DNA from: the human T2T-CHM13v2.0 reference genome, Homo sapiens
NCBI RefSeq assembly: GCF_009914755.1
Contig: NC_060930.1
DNA: 64,000 nt
Strand: one strand, 5' to 3'
Below are positions 14,903-28,466 of this stretch, piece by piece. The notes under the pieces were generated by a model. The model ran no database searches. It saw only the letters and a list, made by a program, of their open reading frames with translations, and had not been told where the DNA came from. Position numbers and translations under genes: made by a program. Numbering within the stretch: position 1 is the stretch's first letter; every line of letters begins with the position of its first letter.

Positions 14903-16433
14903 TGAGAGGTGACAGCGTGCTGGCAGTCCTCACAGCCCTTGCTCTCGGCGCCTCCTCTGCCTGGACTCCCACTTTGGTGGCACTTGAGGAGCCCTTCAGC
15001 CCACCGCTGCACTGTGGGAGCCCCATTCTGGGCTGGCCAAGGCCGGAGCCCACTCCCTCAGCTTGCAGGGAGGTGTGGAGGGAGAGGCGCGAGCGGGAAC
15101 CGGGGCTGCGTGAGGCGCTTGCGAGCCAGCTGGAGTTCAGGGTCAGCTGGAGTTCTGGGCAGGCGTGGGCTTGGCAGGCCCCGCACTCGGAGCAGCCGGC
15201 CAGCCCTGCCGGCCCCGGGCAATGAGGGACTTAGCACCCGGGCCAGCGGCTGTGGAGGGTGTACTGGGTCCCCCAGCAGTGCCAGCCCACCGGCGCTGCG
15301 CTCGATTTCTCACCGGGCCTTAGCTGCCTTCCCGCGGGGCAGGGCTCGGGACCTGCAGCCCGACATGCCTGAGCCTCCCCCAGGAGCTCCACGGGCTCCT
15401 GTGCGGCCCGAGCCTCCCCGACGAGTGCCACCCCCTGCTCCACGGCACCCAGTCCCATCGACCACCCAAGGGCTGAGGAGTGCGAGCGTAGGGCGCGGGA
15501 CTGGCAGGCAGCTCCACTTGCAGCCCTGGTGCGGGATCGACTGGGTGAAGCCAGCTGGGCTCCTGAGTCTGGTGGGGACTTGGAGAACCTTTATGTTTAG
15601 CTCAGGGATTGTAAATACACCAATCGGAACTCTGTACCTAGCTCAAGGTTTGTAAACACACCAATCAGCACCCTGTGTTTCGCTCAGGGTTCGTGAGTGC
15701 ACCAATGGACACTCTGTATCTAGCTACTCTGGTGGGGCCTTGGAGAAACTTTATCTCTAGCTCAAGGATTGTAAATACACCAATCGGCACTCTGTATCTA
15801 GCTCAAGGTTTGTAAACACACCAATCAGCACCCTGTGTCTAGCTCCGGGTTTGTGAATGCACCAATTGACACTCTGTATCTAGCTACTCTGGTGGGGCCT
15901 TGGAGAACCTTTGTGTGGATATTCTGTATCTAACTAATCTGATGGGGACGTGCAGAACCTTTGTGTCTAGCTCAGGGATTGTAAATGCACCAATCAGTGC
16001 CCTGTCAAAACAGACCACTAGGCTCTACCAATCAGCAGGACGTGGGTGGGGCCAGATAAGAGAATAAAAGCAGGCTACCCCAGCCAGCAGTGGCAACCCG
16101 CTCGGGTCTCCTTCCGTGCTGTGGAAGCTTTGTTCTTTTGTTCTTTGCAGTAAATCTTGCTATTGCTCACTCTTTGGGTCCACACTGCTTTTATGAGCTG
16201 TAACACTCACCACGAAGGTCTGCAGCTTCACTCCTGAAGCCAGGGAGACCACGAGCACAGCAGGAGGAAGGAACAACTCCAGACGCGGTGCCTTAAGAGC
16301 TGTAACAGTCACCGCGAAGGTCTGCAGCTTCACTCCTGAGCCAGCAAGACCACGAACCCACCAGAAGGAAGAAACTCAGAACACATCTGAACATCAGAAG
16401 GAACAAACTCCAGACACGCCACCTTAAGACACA
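14903..16433 (+). mobile_element. Solo LTR12C (ERV9 LTR)
   Basis: Starts tgagaggtgacagcgtgctggcagtcctc, CpG-rich 5' part, ccaat/tctagct tandem repeats, ends ...gacaca. Four-bp flanks tggt/tggc. Confidence 0.95.
15580..16100 (+). promoter_or_regulatory. LTR12 U3 enhancer/promoter: repeated CCAAT (NF-Y) and GATA-like motifs, AATAAA TATA-like box at 16063-16068
   Basis: Repeated caccaatc and gtatctagct units, then gccagataagagaataaaagcagg, the ERV9 promoter layout. Activity not shown. Confidence 0.7.
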
Positions 16434-18905
16434 TGGCGACTTTCAAGAATTCCATTAATTTGAGTGACTCTTCAAAATCCTATCTCAAATATGTTTTCCA
16501 GCTAACTATATATTTTTAAAGAACAAATGTATGTTATTTATATACTGGGTTTCTTGACAACTTGATATTAAACAATGGCTTACTATGCCAGATTTAAAAT
16601 GTATTTATTTAAATGTGCCATAATTAATAAGCAACTTGAAATTTTGGGACTGACATGAAAACATATTTGTCTATCTCTGATTTGCTCTTCTGAAGCCTGG
16701 CCATACTTCTTAGTCTTGATTCTCTGGCTCTCAGGGAACTGCTGAAAAATTTCTGAGGTCTTAAGATCACTTTCTGTAATTTGAACTCTATTCTGAGGCC
16801 ATCCTTTGTAGTTGTATAGTTTCAAGCCTGAGATTAATACACATTTAATCTTTTAAAATTATTGCCCAGTGTCTCCTTAGGTTTGTCACAATATTTACCT
16901 TAAAAAGGGGTATCCCTTAAAGGAAAAATGTCTTAAATTTAGCAATAGGCTTTGGTAGATAAGAAGTAGGTTTTATTATAAAAATAATTGAAAGAAATAA
17001 GAGTTTTTGTTTCCTCCTTCAGGGCCACTTAAGTGACCCTTAGAATTCTCAATGTTGATTTTGACTGCTTTAAGTGTAGTGTGTGCGTGCGTGCGTGTGT
17101 GTGTCCCATTTCCTAGTTTAATTTCAAGTCTTACATTTTCAAATTTTAAAACCTAGCTAATGTCTCACTTCTTCAAAGAAATCCTGGATGAAGGAAGCTA
17201 AATTGTCTCCATCCACAGTAGTTCCATAATCTCTGTTAATCAGTTGTCAGGGATCTTAGTATTGCATCATCCTTCCTCATGACCTGTATTGTTCACCTTT
17301 TTTGGGGTCCTTCAGATGACCACTGAACTTCTCAATGTTGGCTTTACTTGAAGATAATTATGCTGCCTTATTTAACTTGCCAGGGGTAAAACAAGTGTGT
17401 GTGTGTTTTTTTTAATAAATGCTTGGAAAAATTGAAAATTTTCACCATTCCCCTTCTTTCTTGCTAATGAGAAATGGGGCTGGGATGACTCTCTAGTGAG
17501 TAGACCAAGGACCGCAGGGATTTTGTCATTTCTGTTGGCAGAACAGGAGAAGGAAGAGGTGGCTCCACAATGGGATAGGAGCAGGTGTTGGGGAATAGAG
17601 GAAATTTCTGTGTCATTAGGAGCTGAAAGTATACTGGAGGCCGCTGAAACTCCATGGACTTAATTGTTCATTCATTCATTCATTCATTCCACAAATATTT
17701 TTCAGAATGTTTGTATTTTCAGAATGCCTCCTCTGTGTAGGGTGGCAGGATGAAAGACATTCGTGTGCCCTGGAGCTTTTATTCCAGGTTAACTAGCTCT
17801 GCTTTCTGGTGTGTCTTGGTTCCTCTTTGTAGCGGCTCTGTGTTCTCCCTTACCTGTGTTTTTCCAGGCTCAGGGTAAGTTCAATGCGTGCTTTTTATTG
17901 AGAATGATGTTTATAACAAGACTTTTAACCTAATTTAGCTGCTGAAAATTTCCTATATAAGAGTATTTTTCCTTTTCCAAAATCATTTTTGTCCTTTGTT
18001 CCTTGTTATTTTCTTAACATTTAATTTTTATAAATAAATAAAAAATAGAGTGTCTTTCATTTTTTAATCACCTCTTTCCTCTTGAATTCATATTCTTCCT
18101 TGGCTAACTAAATAAAAATGCTTGGAGGATGTTTTTCCCCCATTTAAAAAAAATCTTGTTTATCTCTACATGACATTCTCTCTTTTCTGGAAGTGCTTTC
18201 ACTTTAGTGCTTTTTTCTTTTGCCTTTTATTTGGCATTCTTTTTTATTCTTATGCTCATTGAAGTCAGTTTTTCTTTTTTTACACATTCCACCATTTCTT
18301 TTCAAGTTGGCCTGTATCAGCACTTAGTTTCTCTCTTTTTTCTTCTTCTCAATAAATCTTTTCTTTCTCTTAATCTTTTCCTTTTTCACCTTCTTATTCT
18401 CTTCTTACTCTCTTTACGTGGAAGAAGGATTTGGAAACTCTTTTTTTTTTTTCTTTTTTAAACCATTGTCCTGGGCCTTTCCCTCCAGAGTCAGAGGGGC
18501 ATTCTCAGGATGGCTCTTGTCTCTCTCCCAGGGAGGCAGTGTTCGCGCCCTGCTCCTCTCAGCTCTTCACCCCTCCTCTTCCCCTCCTCGTCCCCTTTGC
18601 CCTTCATTCTCTGGGAACATGGTTAACAAGTCCTCTAGCTTTCCCATCTGTACAGCGTTTGGTTTGGGAGGCATTGTACTAGGTTTTTCTCACTCACCTG
18701 CTTAACTCCCCGGTTAGGAATGCTGAGAAATGGATTCCTAGCTCAGGCTAGTGAGGAAGGACCATTCCTTTTTGAAGCCCTTTCTAGAGCACCATGTGAA
18801 TTACCAATATCTCTTTGGTAAATCTGTGGTACACACGGAAATGCTTGTTGTTTTCAAAAAGAAAAACTTCCATTCCTCTTGCTTCTATTTAAATAGATAA
18901 TTCCA

Positions 18906-19060
18906 GGTTGGGGGTGGTGACTCATGCCTGTAATTCTGGTGCTTTGGGAGACTGAGGCAGGAGGATCATTTGAGGCCAAGAGTTGGAGGCTGCAGTGAGC
19001 TAGGATCAAGCTGCTGCACTCCAGCCTGAGCGACAGAACAACACACTATCTCTAAAAAAA
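18906..19060 (+). mobile_element. Alu monomer (FRAM-like)
   Basis: Single Alu arm with A tail, flanked by aaatag(a/g)taattc TSD. Confidence 0.85.
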
Positions 19061-20077
19061 TTTTTTTAAAATAGGTAATTCATTTCATATTTTCTGGCCC
19101 TGTTTTTACTTTTCCTGTACTTCACAAATAACTATCCATAGTCACATATTTGAATATAGGCTGTTATGAAGTGCCAGCCTTTTCTTTGCTAGGTCTTAAC
19201 CTGAAATAATGTAGATTTCAAGGGTGTTAGAACAAAAAGCCCTCATGGATGCTATCAAGACTTGCTTTCAAATTGGAGGCCAGACTCTGAAAGTAGTAAT
19301 ATAAGGGTAGCAATGGTCTATTTTCATTTTTAAAAAGGAGAATGCTTATAAGTGACAGATTATAAAAATGTAACTTTCCAGCTCCTAGCAATAATTATAT
19401 CAATGTAGTATGTTAGCAGTGGTGTTGTCTTAAGGGAAAAGTTAAAAAAAAATTATTGCCTAATGAAGGTGATTTGGCAGTCCAAAATTTTCCCAAGATG
19501 AGATGGGCTCAACATGGGGGAGAAGTAATAAATGTGGTCCTTTTTGTTCAAAACTTAAGGAACTCCTCATCAGAACACACTTCAGATCCAAATGCAGGGA
19601 GTGGTTGATGTGGGACCAGAACTCAGGACTTTTGACTCCTACTTGAGTGCTTCCCATTAGAAAACAGAATATTAATTCATTCTTTCATTCAGCGAATATT
19701 TATTGGTTGCCTATTATGGGTCAGATAGATGGAAAACAGGATGACGATACAAGAAACGCACAGCCAAGTAGGAAGATGGCAAAATCACTTGACAGAGAGT
19801 GCCATCACGGGTGCCACGCATCCTGCTAGAGTGGGCAGAGGGGTTATGGGAACCCATAAACTTTACAGTTTCTGCTTTTATTGACTCCTTGTTTTACGTC
19901 TATCTGCTATACTTACAAAATGTGCCTATTTTATTTCTATTTATGGGTATCTTGCTTGCTTTTAACCTAAGGTATTAAATTTAGCTTGTATTTCTCTATG
20001 ATGATCAGCCCTTCTTCCACTTTTAGACCTCTTAAACCACAGTTACACCTCCCCTAGCTTGGCAGGTACTCAGTAAA

Positions 20078-20082
20078 TGTGT

Positions 20083-20116
<34 letters not shown>

Positions 20117-20121
20117 GTGTG
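20078..20121. repeat. (TG)n microsatellite
   Basis: Direct reading. Confidence 0.95.
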
Positions 20122-21429
20122 CTTTGATGAGAATGACATACAGTTTTTCCATCCGGGTGCCGTGTGTTCTTATTATAAATCCCTATCGAGTTTTATTGTG
20201 TTTTAGGTCTGCCCACTTCTCCAACTTGTGATTCTTATTGATTTTAACCAAGAACTTAAAGTTGTGGACCACTATTTATTTACCATGTTTCCAGTTCATG
20301 TATCTAAGTAGCTAATAAAAAATGTTGAATAGAACTCAGTCTAGGGCTAACAATGGCTCTCTGCTATGGTCCCTGCTCAGCAGATGAATTTGTAAGGAGG
20401 CTAAACTCACCCAAAGCCTCCCTAGAAAGTTTTTCTAAAGTCAAGGACAGCAAGTAAAGTTATTGTTAATTAAATGTTTAATATTCATTATAGTTAATAT
20501 ATTAATTTTTAGTCAAACTTACGATAAGGTAGAGTTGTATTTTTATATGATCAATGTATTTAACAGTAGGTTAGCGCCCTTACATAATTACTGTGCATGT
20601 TGTTTTTGCTCATTTTTTAAGACCTGGGGCCTAATTTTACCGTTTTGAATTACTATAAAATTTTATAGTTGTTTCTTTTCCTTTGTGACATATTGTTGGT
20701 GATACATATGATTTATTGGATTCTGAGTCCTTGATCAAGAACACAACCCCTAACTATGAACTGGTTCTTATGGGAAAATACAATCTGCTTTACAATGATA
20801 TATTTTATGATGGAGTTTCTCAAGAACTCATTGTTGCAACAATTGTGGACTACCTACACTTAAGACTACTTCAAATTCAAATTTCTATCAAAGGTCTCTG
20901 AGAAAGAAAAGCATAAAATTTACCATTACATTAAATAAATTAACCTAATTTTATTTTCATTGTTATTCTTCTAAGATAGACTTGTAAATTATTTTAGTAT
21001 ATGTGTTTTTAGGAGTAGAAAATCCAAAATGTTATTTTTTTCACTTAAGTGGTATTATGACCTTTTAAAGGGAAAATGAAAAGGATGATATAAAAGGGTG
21101 AAAGAAGGAGGGAAGTAGAAAGGCAAGAAGAGAGCTTGTAATAAGTAGAAACACGGAAGGGCAAAAAGACCCTGAGAAAGAAGGCCAGTGGCCCCCAGGG
21201 TCTGCTGGTCTCTGTGGAGGAGACCCCCTCATGGTGGCCCCTGCAAGCACGTTGCTACTTCCCATACACTCTGTCTTTCTAAACCCTGGGACAGCTCTTC
21301 TTAAATCACCTCCACATCTGCCAGAGTGCCCTCTGAGCTTGCTCACCTCCAAGTGAACTGAACTCAATTTCAATCATAAAAAATAGATAGTTAAATATAT
21401 GGCATTGGTCTCAGAGAATTGCTAATAAC

Positions 21430-21640
21430 TGGCATTTGAACAGCACTAAAATTTCACAAAACTCCTTTTAGCTACATTTTCTTATTAATCCCTACAACAG
21501 CTTTGTGAGGAATACATTATTATTACCATTCCCATTTTAATGATTGAAAAAAAGCTCAGAGAGGTCAAATTACTTGTTTAATGCCACATAGCTAGGAAGT
21601 GGCATAGTGATAATCCAACCCTTTGGTTCTAATTCTGGCA
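21430..21640 (-). mobile_element. MIR
   Basis: cccattttaatgattgaaaaaaagctcagagaggtcaaattacttg core. Confidence 0.8.
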
Positions 21641-23369
21641 GTTTTCCTATTATGCCTTCAGACCTCTCCACTTACCTTGCAAATACATATTTAGTGATAG
21701 CTCAGGGAAGAGGTGGTGTAAATAATTTCTAGCAGTGCGGAATACAGGCATCTCATTCTTCCTCAGATTAGTGTTTCCCCTGTGGGACACCTCTACAACT
21801 GTTCTTTTCTCCTCTCAAACACATACTTTCTATCTTTTACTTTTACCTTGCCAGTGGCATTCCAACCATCCCCTTCTGTCCCTAGACTCATACATCTGAT
21901 TTTGGCCTCCTTGTGTGCGGAGGGAAGAACTATTTTGCTGTGGCTGTTCTGTACTTCATTTGTGCCTGAGGGCTTCCTTGGTTCAATCTGAGACTGACTT
22001 AAGTTCAGTGTAGCCAGGAGCCATGGAGGGGAAGGGAAGAGAAAATCTTCTTCTCACAGAGCACCAGGGCTACCAGGGAGTAACATTCTCCATCAATAGT
22101 TCTCCAAGGAAGCCAGAATCAAAATTTACAGCTTTTGTTTCCCCTTTCCTTTATCTTTCATATCTCATTTCTTCCTGCACCTGGCCTTATTATTGCTGTA
22201 TTTGTGCCATAAATGAATATCATTAGAAAAGCTGATTTGCCATAAACTACATTGCTAATATCATTTATAACTCTGTTATGGAAAAGATGTTTTAGGTTTG
22301 AGTGACATCCAGTCTTAAAATTGCTAAGACTTATGTGTTGCAACACACCCCACTAGAAAGTACTCAATCATAGGATGTTCTTATTTATAATATATTATGC
22401 TGCGTAATGTAATATATATGTATGTGTTATACTAAAGGATATCCAAATTCATATTTCATAGAAGCTAATTCTCTCCTTAAGTCACATTAACCTCTATTTT
22501 ACCAACTAATGAATCTTTGTTTCTGAGATTAGAAGGGTAAAGACAAAAACAAGAAGAAAAATGATTTTCTTTCTAAATAAGTATTTTGGTAGTTTAGTAT
22601 ATGAGTCCATAATTAATTATGTGGCAAGTAGCAATTATGATACAGTGGGAAACCCTAGGTCTATTTACCTGCATCTGAGGGTTAACAAAGTTGGGTTCAA
22701 TTCTAGGGAAAGGGATCAGGAGGATTCATGGAGTTGAACACAGGATCTGTGCCACTGTTCTTGGTGAAGAGTAGGAAAGAGACCTTAGCAAACTCATGAC
22801 TAACTTGTTCAAGGTTTCTGGAGAAGGTTGGCAGTGAGCATGGCAAGGAAGATGACCTTTAGAAGTGGGAAACTTAGAAGGAACAGGGACAGGTTTGGGG
22901 AAATGTAAATAAAACTCAGCTGGATGAGACACACTGAGTCAAACGAATTTGTTCTGGAAATCCCAGGTTCTCTGTGATCAACATACATTCAGCAGAGGAT
23001 ATGCAACTAAATGGGTCCATCCAATGAAGAGAATGAATAGTAGAAAGAAGCAATGGAGTCCACAGGCTCAGCTGTACCCCCATCAAAAACTCTGCCTCTC
23101 ACCTGTGTGCTGGTCCTCTCCAGCAGGCATTCTCTTTGAGAATGCTTGAATGGGATTAGAGACAACTGAGAAGAGCAGAAGTGAAGACCATGTAATTACA
23201 GAAACAAATGCTTGGTACTGAACAACCTGGTCTCGGGGGCTATTTTTGGCTGCCTGGTCCTGGTTAACTCAAGACCGAGGCCTCAGTTCCCTTCCTCCTT
23301 ACCCTTCCTGTGTTTCTATGTGTCCACCTCTGCTCATTTACTGAAATACCAATGACTTCTGTGCTTTTA

Positions 23370-23760
23370 TCTCCCGCTTTATTTTCTTGCCTCAGGTTCA
23401 GCTCATACCAGACAAGCCCATGCCGTATTTTCACTTGGATGTTTTCCCATCAGGACAAACTCCACCTGGCAAGGCTGAGCTCACTCTGCTCCGTCCTAGC
23501 TTAGCTTCTTCTCCTAGAAACATTTCCCTGTTTCTGTTTGCAGTGATAACATGCTCCCCACTACACAGACTCAAAGTCATCTCGGACTCATCTTGCTCAT
23601 TCTCATTTCCAATCAACTTCCAAGTTCTGTCAAACATTTCCTTAAAAGGTTTTCCCCCTCCTTTTCTTTCTATTCCTACTGTTAATCCTCCGTACCTAAT
23701 CGCTCTTTAACCTCTTAACTGGTTCCTCTACAACCTCAACCACCGCATTTTGCCTGACAT
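23370..23760 (+). mobile_element. L2 fragment
   Basis: ttcacttggatgt...aaactc...agtcatctcggactc pattern, highly diverged. Confidence 0.55.
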
Positions 23761-25082
23761 ACTAATGCTAGCATATTATTTTTAAATATATTAAAAAATC
23801 ACATTGAAAAAGTTTTAGAGACTTCGTTTTGCCAATGGAATAAAGATTACACAAGACCACACGGTTAGAGAGACTTAAGGTTAGAGCCCGGGATTTTTTG
23901 TGCTTCAATTCTAACACTTTTTCTACTAAAGCATACTGTGTCTTATAAATTCCAGCGCAGGGATACATTATTTGTCCTATTTTATCTCTAAATGCTTTAG
24001 TTCTTTATACTTTGTTTTAATCTATAAGTTGCTTCAGTTTCTTTTGGAGGTAGGGAAGAGATCATAAAACTTGGAAATCAAAACAAATGTTGGTTAAAAT
24101 AAAAATGCTGGCTTTACATTTTGGGTGTTTGGATGGTTTCTGATTCAGAATTCTCTCAGCATTGACTGCTGCTTCCAGCGAGAGCATCTCTGTTCTGGCT
24201 GGGCTGGAGGTAGCTGTGGGTCTTGTCATGCTGTATTTCAAGAATGTCTGGATAGTTCAATATTTCAATGCTGTTAAGGAATGGAATACCATTCTATCTA
24301 GGGAATGTTAGCTAAAATACCCATTTTAACAAAGTCTAAATTAGGGTGGAAGATTCTAACAAGGCTTGTTTATAATGTCTTCACTTGGAACTAAGAGGTA
24401 TCCCACAAGGGCTCTCTAGCCGTCTTCAGGACCTAGAGGGTGGGGGAATTGGCCGACAAAAGCGGAGAACTTTGAGGAAGTGGAACTCCACCACTGTAAA
24501 TACAGATGCCTGGGGAAACAGGCTTCACCCCAAATCCTAGAGGAGGACTATCCTGGGCTCAGCCTCCCGAGGACAGCAGACCCTCTATATCCCATTTTGG
24601 GCACAATAATTGTCTCACCTGTTAGTGGGTTTGTTTCTTATGCCACCAAGTTATAATGGATGAGAAATTAGGTCAAGATGAAGCCCTTATTTGGCAATTT
24701 TCATCTTTAATGCACTTTCCAAATGTTAACTAATTAATCTGCTTGACTGTGTTCCATTTAACAGTTGTGCACGTTTTATGTTCATAAACTCTTATAAACT
24801 CTTTATTGCTTTGATATTTCATTTCTGATTTATTCCCTGTAGGCCAAATTCACATAATTCTTTGCTGACATGATGCCACTCCTGCCTCCGCAATCTAGGT
24901 GTCTTCACTGTGGTAGATGCTCAAACAAAAAAATGAGATGAGGACATGGGAATGAGGGCAGGAAGGAAACAGCCTCATCCTTGTATATATCAGAAATGCC
25001 ACACAGAGGCAGACCTGGAGCTCATGCAGGAACTGCCTCTGACACGCCACCAAGATTGAGTGTTTAAAAACAGAACCGTAGA

Positions 25083-25142
25083 ACACAGTGCCTGTTGCAT
25101 ATCAGGCACTCAGTAAATACTTGTTAAATTGATAAATGAATG
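25083..25142 (+). mobile_element. L2 3' end
   Basis: acagtgcctg...ggcactcagtaaatacttgttaaattgataaatgaatg. Confidence 0.75.
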
Positions 25143-25283
25143 TGCTGAAGAACAGCCATGCTTCCCCTTCCACTCCAGTGTATCCATCCTTCCTCCTTTT
25201 CTCCCTCCCTCTCTCTGTCTTTCTTCTCTCTCTTTCTCTCTCTCTTTTGGAAATGGGGGTATGGCTATCCTTCAGCACATAAA

Positions 25284-25400
25284 TTAATCCATTCAACAAG
25301 TATTTACTGAGTATCTATTATGTGCCAGGCCCTGTTCTAAGCACTAGGGATAGAGTGGTGAACAAAGCAGACCTCAGTCTCTGTCCTCATGGAGCCCCAA
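25284..25400 (-). mobile_element. L2 3' end
   Basis: cattcaacaagtatttactgagtatctattatgtgccaggccctgttctaagcactagg. Confidence 0.8.
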
Positions 25401-25874
25401 CATCAGAAGCTTAGAGATCCACCTCAAACACCTCCCTCAAACATTACAAGACACTCTTGCCTTCTTAGTCTCCAGCAGTCATCAGGGAAATGAGTTCCAT
25501 ATGTTTATTTTTCATGGGGTAAATTGGTACTAAAGCTTTCTCATTCAAGCCTCAAGATGTGCTGCCAGGAATTATTCACCGAAGCCACACCTCTACCATC
25601 TAGACCACTAGTTCCTGAGATTTTTTATGAACCGCATTAAGAATCTGATGATCACTATACATCCACTGAACAGGAGAAATATCTATAGGTAATATAAGTA
25701 TATATTTATGTATACACACTCACATATAAATATGAAAAAAATGTGCATGCCCTTTAAATAAGTTTGTAAACCTAAAGTCCATGGGCCCTGGGTTAAGGGG
25801 CATCACCTACTCTAGAAATATCACTGTTTTATATCCTTTATTTCATTTATATTTCAGCTATCACATTTATATTT

Positions 25875-27000
25875 TATAGACTGGAGAATGCCAATTATTA
25901 ACACTGATTCTCATAGGCAAGCGTTTTCACTTCTTTGATCTCTTTGATCATTTCTTTGAAACATCTTGGCCCTTGTTAAGGTAGAAGGACTTTAAATGCA
26001 CAGAGTATTCTAGCTGTGGATATACCATTATTTTTGAGAGTAGAATATTGGTTTCTGCATCAGTTTTGATCTTTTAGTGAAATCGGTATATTGCCTTTAG
26101 GGTATAGTTTGTAATGATGGCATGCTGCATAGTATTGTAGATGGGAATCTATCATTTTCCAGGTAATTGGCATTATACTCCCCTGAATGTATTCTGTTAC
26201 GCTTGCCTATAAGGAATTTCATCTGCCAGTTTTCTGCGCCCATATGCAGTACTGTGAAGTTTTCAGTTTCCTCTGCATAAACGGCATAATATTTCACTAT
26301 TAAAAATAACAGCGTCATGTGCAAATATGAGAATTTCATTGGAAATAATCTCTTGTTATGTCATATCATCCATTTGTGAATTGGAACAATTTAAAAAAAA
26401 TATTTTTTCTTGCCCTTCTCTCGTTTTTTGGAGCCATCGTCAGCTATCTTCCAAGATAAAACAGTTAATGAAATTCCACGTTTGCTCCCAAATAATGTAT
26501 GGCAAAACATTAGCAGTGGACATCTCTGGTTAGCTGGATTATGAATGATTTTAATTTTATTCTCTTTGCATCTCTGTACTTTCCACATTTACAAAGAACA
26601 TATATTACTTTTGTAATAAGACATATTATTAAATCTACTTGATTTTTCGTGGACTTTTATCAAAGTTTTACTAAGTATTTAAATAAAGACACCTACTGGA
26701 TTCTTTTTTTTCATATGCATCCTTAGAAATATTGGGGAGGTATAACCTCCCCTTCAGAAACTCTTTTGCCTTTCTAGCTGTAGATTATGTCACACTGAAG
26801 TGTACAGGGAGCCATATTCTTTGGTCTTTACTCATGAATGCCTGTCACATTACTAGTTTGCCAGTCCTCCATTAAATTGATTTGTCTACACAAGTTTCAA
26901 TGGATCCAAAATTTCACCCTTGAGTTTCTTCTAAACTCTTGGGTGGAGCCCGTTTAGTTCCAGTGATTACTCAATTTCAGGAGAGAAAATTGCGACCAAA
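25875..27000 (-). mobile_element. Ancient CR1/L3-clade LINE, RT region
   Basis: Ordered minus-strand motifs: NGLHPRV (about 26950), EDWQTSNVT (about 26870), DFSKAFDK-like (about 26670), FAHD for FADD (about 26320), AENWQMKF..GK...IH.G, and YPQLEYSV for RPHLEYCV (about 26010). Confidence 0.85.
26490..26625 (+). mobile_element. L1ME4-like 3' end inserted in the CR1
   Basis: ggattatgaatgattttaattttattc...catatattacttttgtaataag. Confidence 0.65.
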
Positions 27001-27907
27001 TGCATTATTGATTCAGCCAAGAACATCTAGTTTATTTATTGCTGTTTGATTTTTGTACCTGTGACTGATCTGCTTCAAAAGTTAATTTAGGAGCGAGAAT
27101 GTCACTAATGCCTTCCTTTATACACTTATTCATTCTGCTATCTCCTTTTCAGACCTGAATGGACTTTTCATATCATGGTCATCAATCAATTGGTTTCATC
27201 GACTTCTGCTGCCCATGTTTCTAACAAAGATTTTATTACTGAGGTTGGTCCCTCAGAAATGTTGGCTAATTATTTTTTAGCTTTTAAAACTTTTTTTGTA
27301 TATATTCTGCTATATTTGATATTCCTTATGATTTTTTCCACTTGGGCACACTAATTTTTAATATGATGCATTTTTCAACAGTATCTTTTCTTCCTAAACT
27401 TCACTGATAAAGTCTATGGAGTTCTGTTATTGTTGTTTTTACTGTTGAAATTCTCATCTTTTGCTCTGTGGCTTACATTTTTCATGGCCTTCCAAAATAG
27501 ATTTTAAAATAATTTTCAAATTTTCTTTGGATTGTTATCTCACCTTTTAAACTTTTCTTACTAACATCACTTTTAAAAAATAATTTCCTTCTCAAACTAG
27601 GGCCCCATGTCGTTGATTTTTTTTTAGGCAGACTCAGTCAGTCTGGAATCATGCTTATATGGATGTTTCCAACAGGGACTTTCTATCCAGCTCATACCCA
27701 TTACATGGAGCCTTGGATAGAGGGTCCTTTCCCTGTAAGTTTTAAAATGGCATGTCATAGGAAGTAGCTGTCTTAATCAAAATCTTAACTTTACATTTCC
27801 ACAAATTAATGTGTAGATAACTGAAGTTCCTCATTTATGACTACTAGAGATAATTTTGCAACTTTACTACCCTCTAGTATTTCAGGCTCTGTTGTATTAT
27901 TTAGATT

Positions 27908-28151
27908 GGGCCTGGCAAACTTTTCTATAAAAGGCCAGATCCATAGACACTATGTAAACAAATGAGCATGGCTGTGTTCCAATAAAACTTTATTTATGGA
28001 CTGAAATTAGAATTTCCCACCATTTCGATGTGTCATGAAGTGTTATTCTTCTTTTGATTGTTTTAACCATTTAAAAATGAGAACTTGAAAATTATAGAGA
28101 AATAAGCAGTGGGGCCAGATTTGACCTGTAGGCTGTAGTTCGCCAACCCCT
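27908..28151. mobile_element. MER58B-like hAT-Charlie MITE
   Basis: ggcaaacttttctataaaaggccagat...gttccaataaaactttattt...tagttcgccaacccct. Confidence 0.85.
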
Positions 28152-28243
28152 AATCTAGATATTTAAGTATAGCATTTCTATCCACGGTGATTCTATCATA
28201 TTTTGTTTTCTTTTACAGTTTTGCAACTTGTTTTTGTTGAAGA

Positions 28244-28466
28244 CAAGTTTGTCCAACTCGCAGCCTGTGGTCTGCATGTGGCCCAGGATGGCTTTGAATG
28301 CAGCCCAATACAAATTCGTAAACTTTCTTAAAACATTATGAGATATTTTTGTGATTTTTTTTTTTTAGCTCATCAATCATTGGTGTTAGTGTATTTTATG
28401 TGTGGCCAAAGACAATTCTTCTTCTTTCAATGTGGCCCAGGGAAGCCAAAAGTTTGGACATCCCTG
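28244..28466. mobile_element. MER30 hAT MITE
   Basis: Termini caagtttgtccaac ... ttggacatccctg; internal ggcccaggatggctttgaatgcagccc. Confidence 0.85.

Noticed and set aside
14909-15655. 248-aa ORF and overlapping ORFs
   Set aside because: They lie in the GC-rich part of LTR12C, where stop-poor frames are expected. No protein motif.
15580-16035. Regularly spaced repeats resembling a CRISPR array
   Set aside because: These are the LTR12 U3 tandem enhancer repeats: no unique spacers, and the DNA is eukaryotic.
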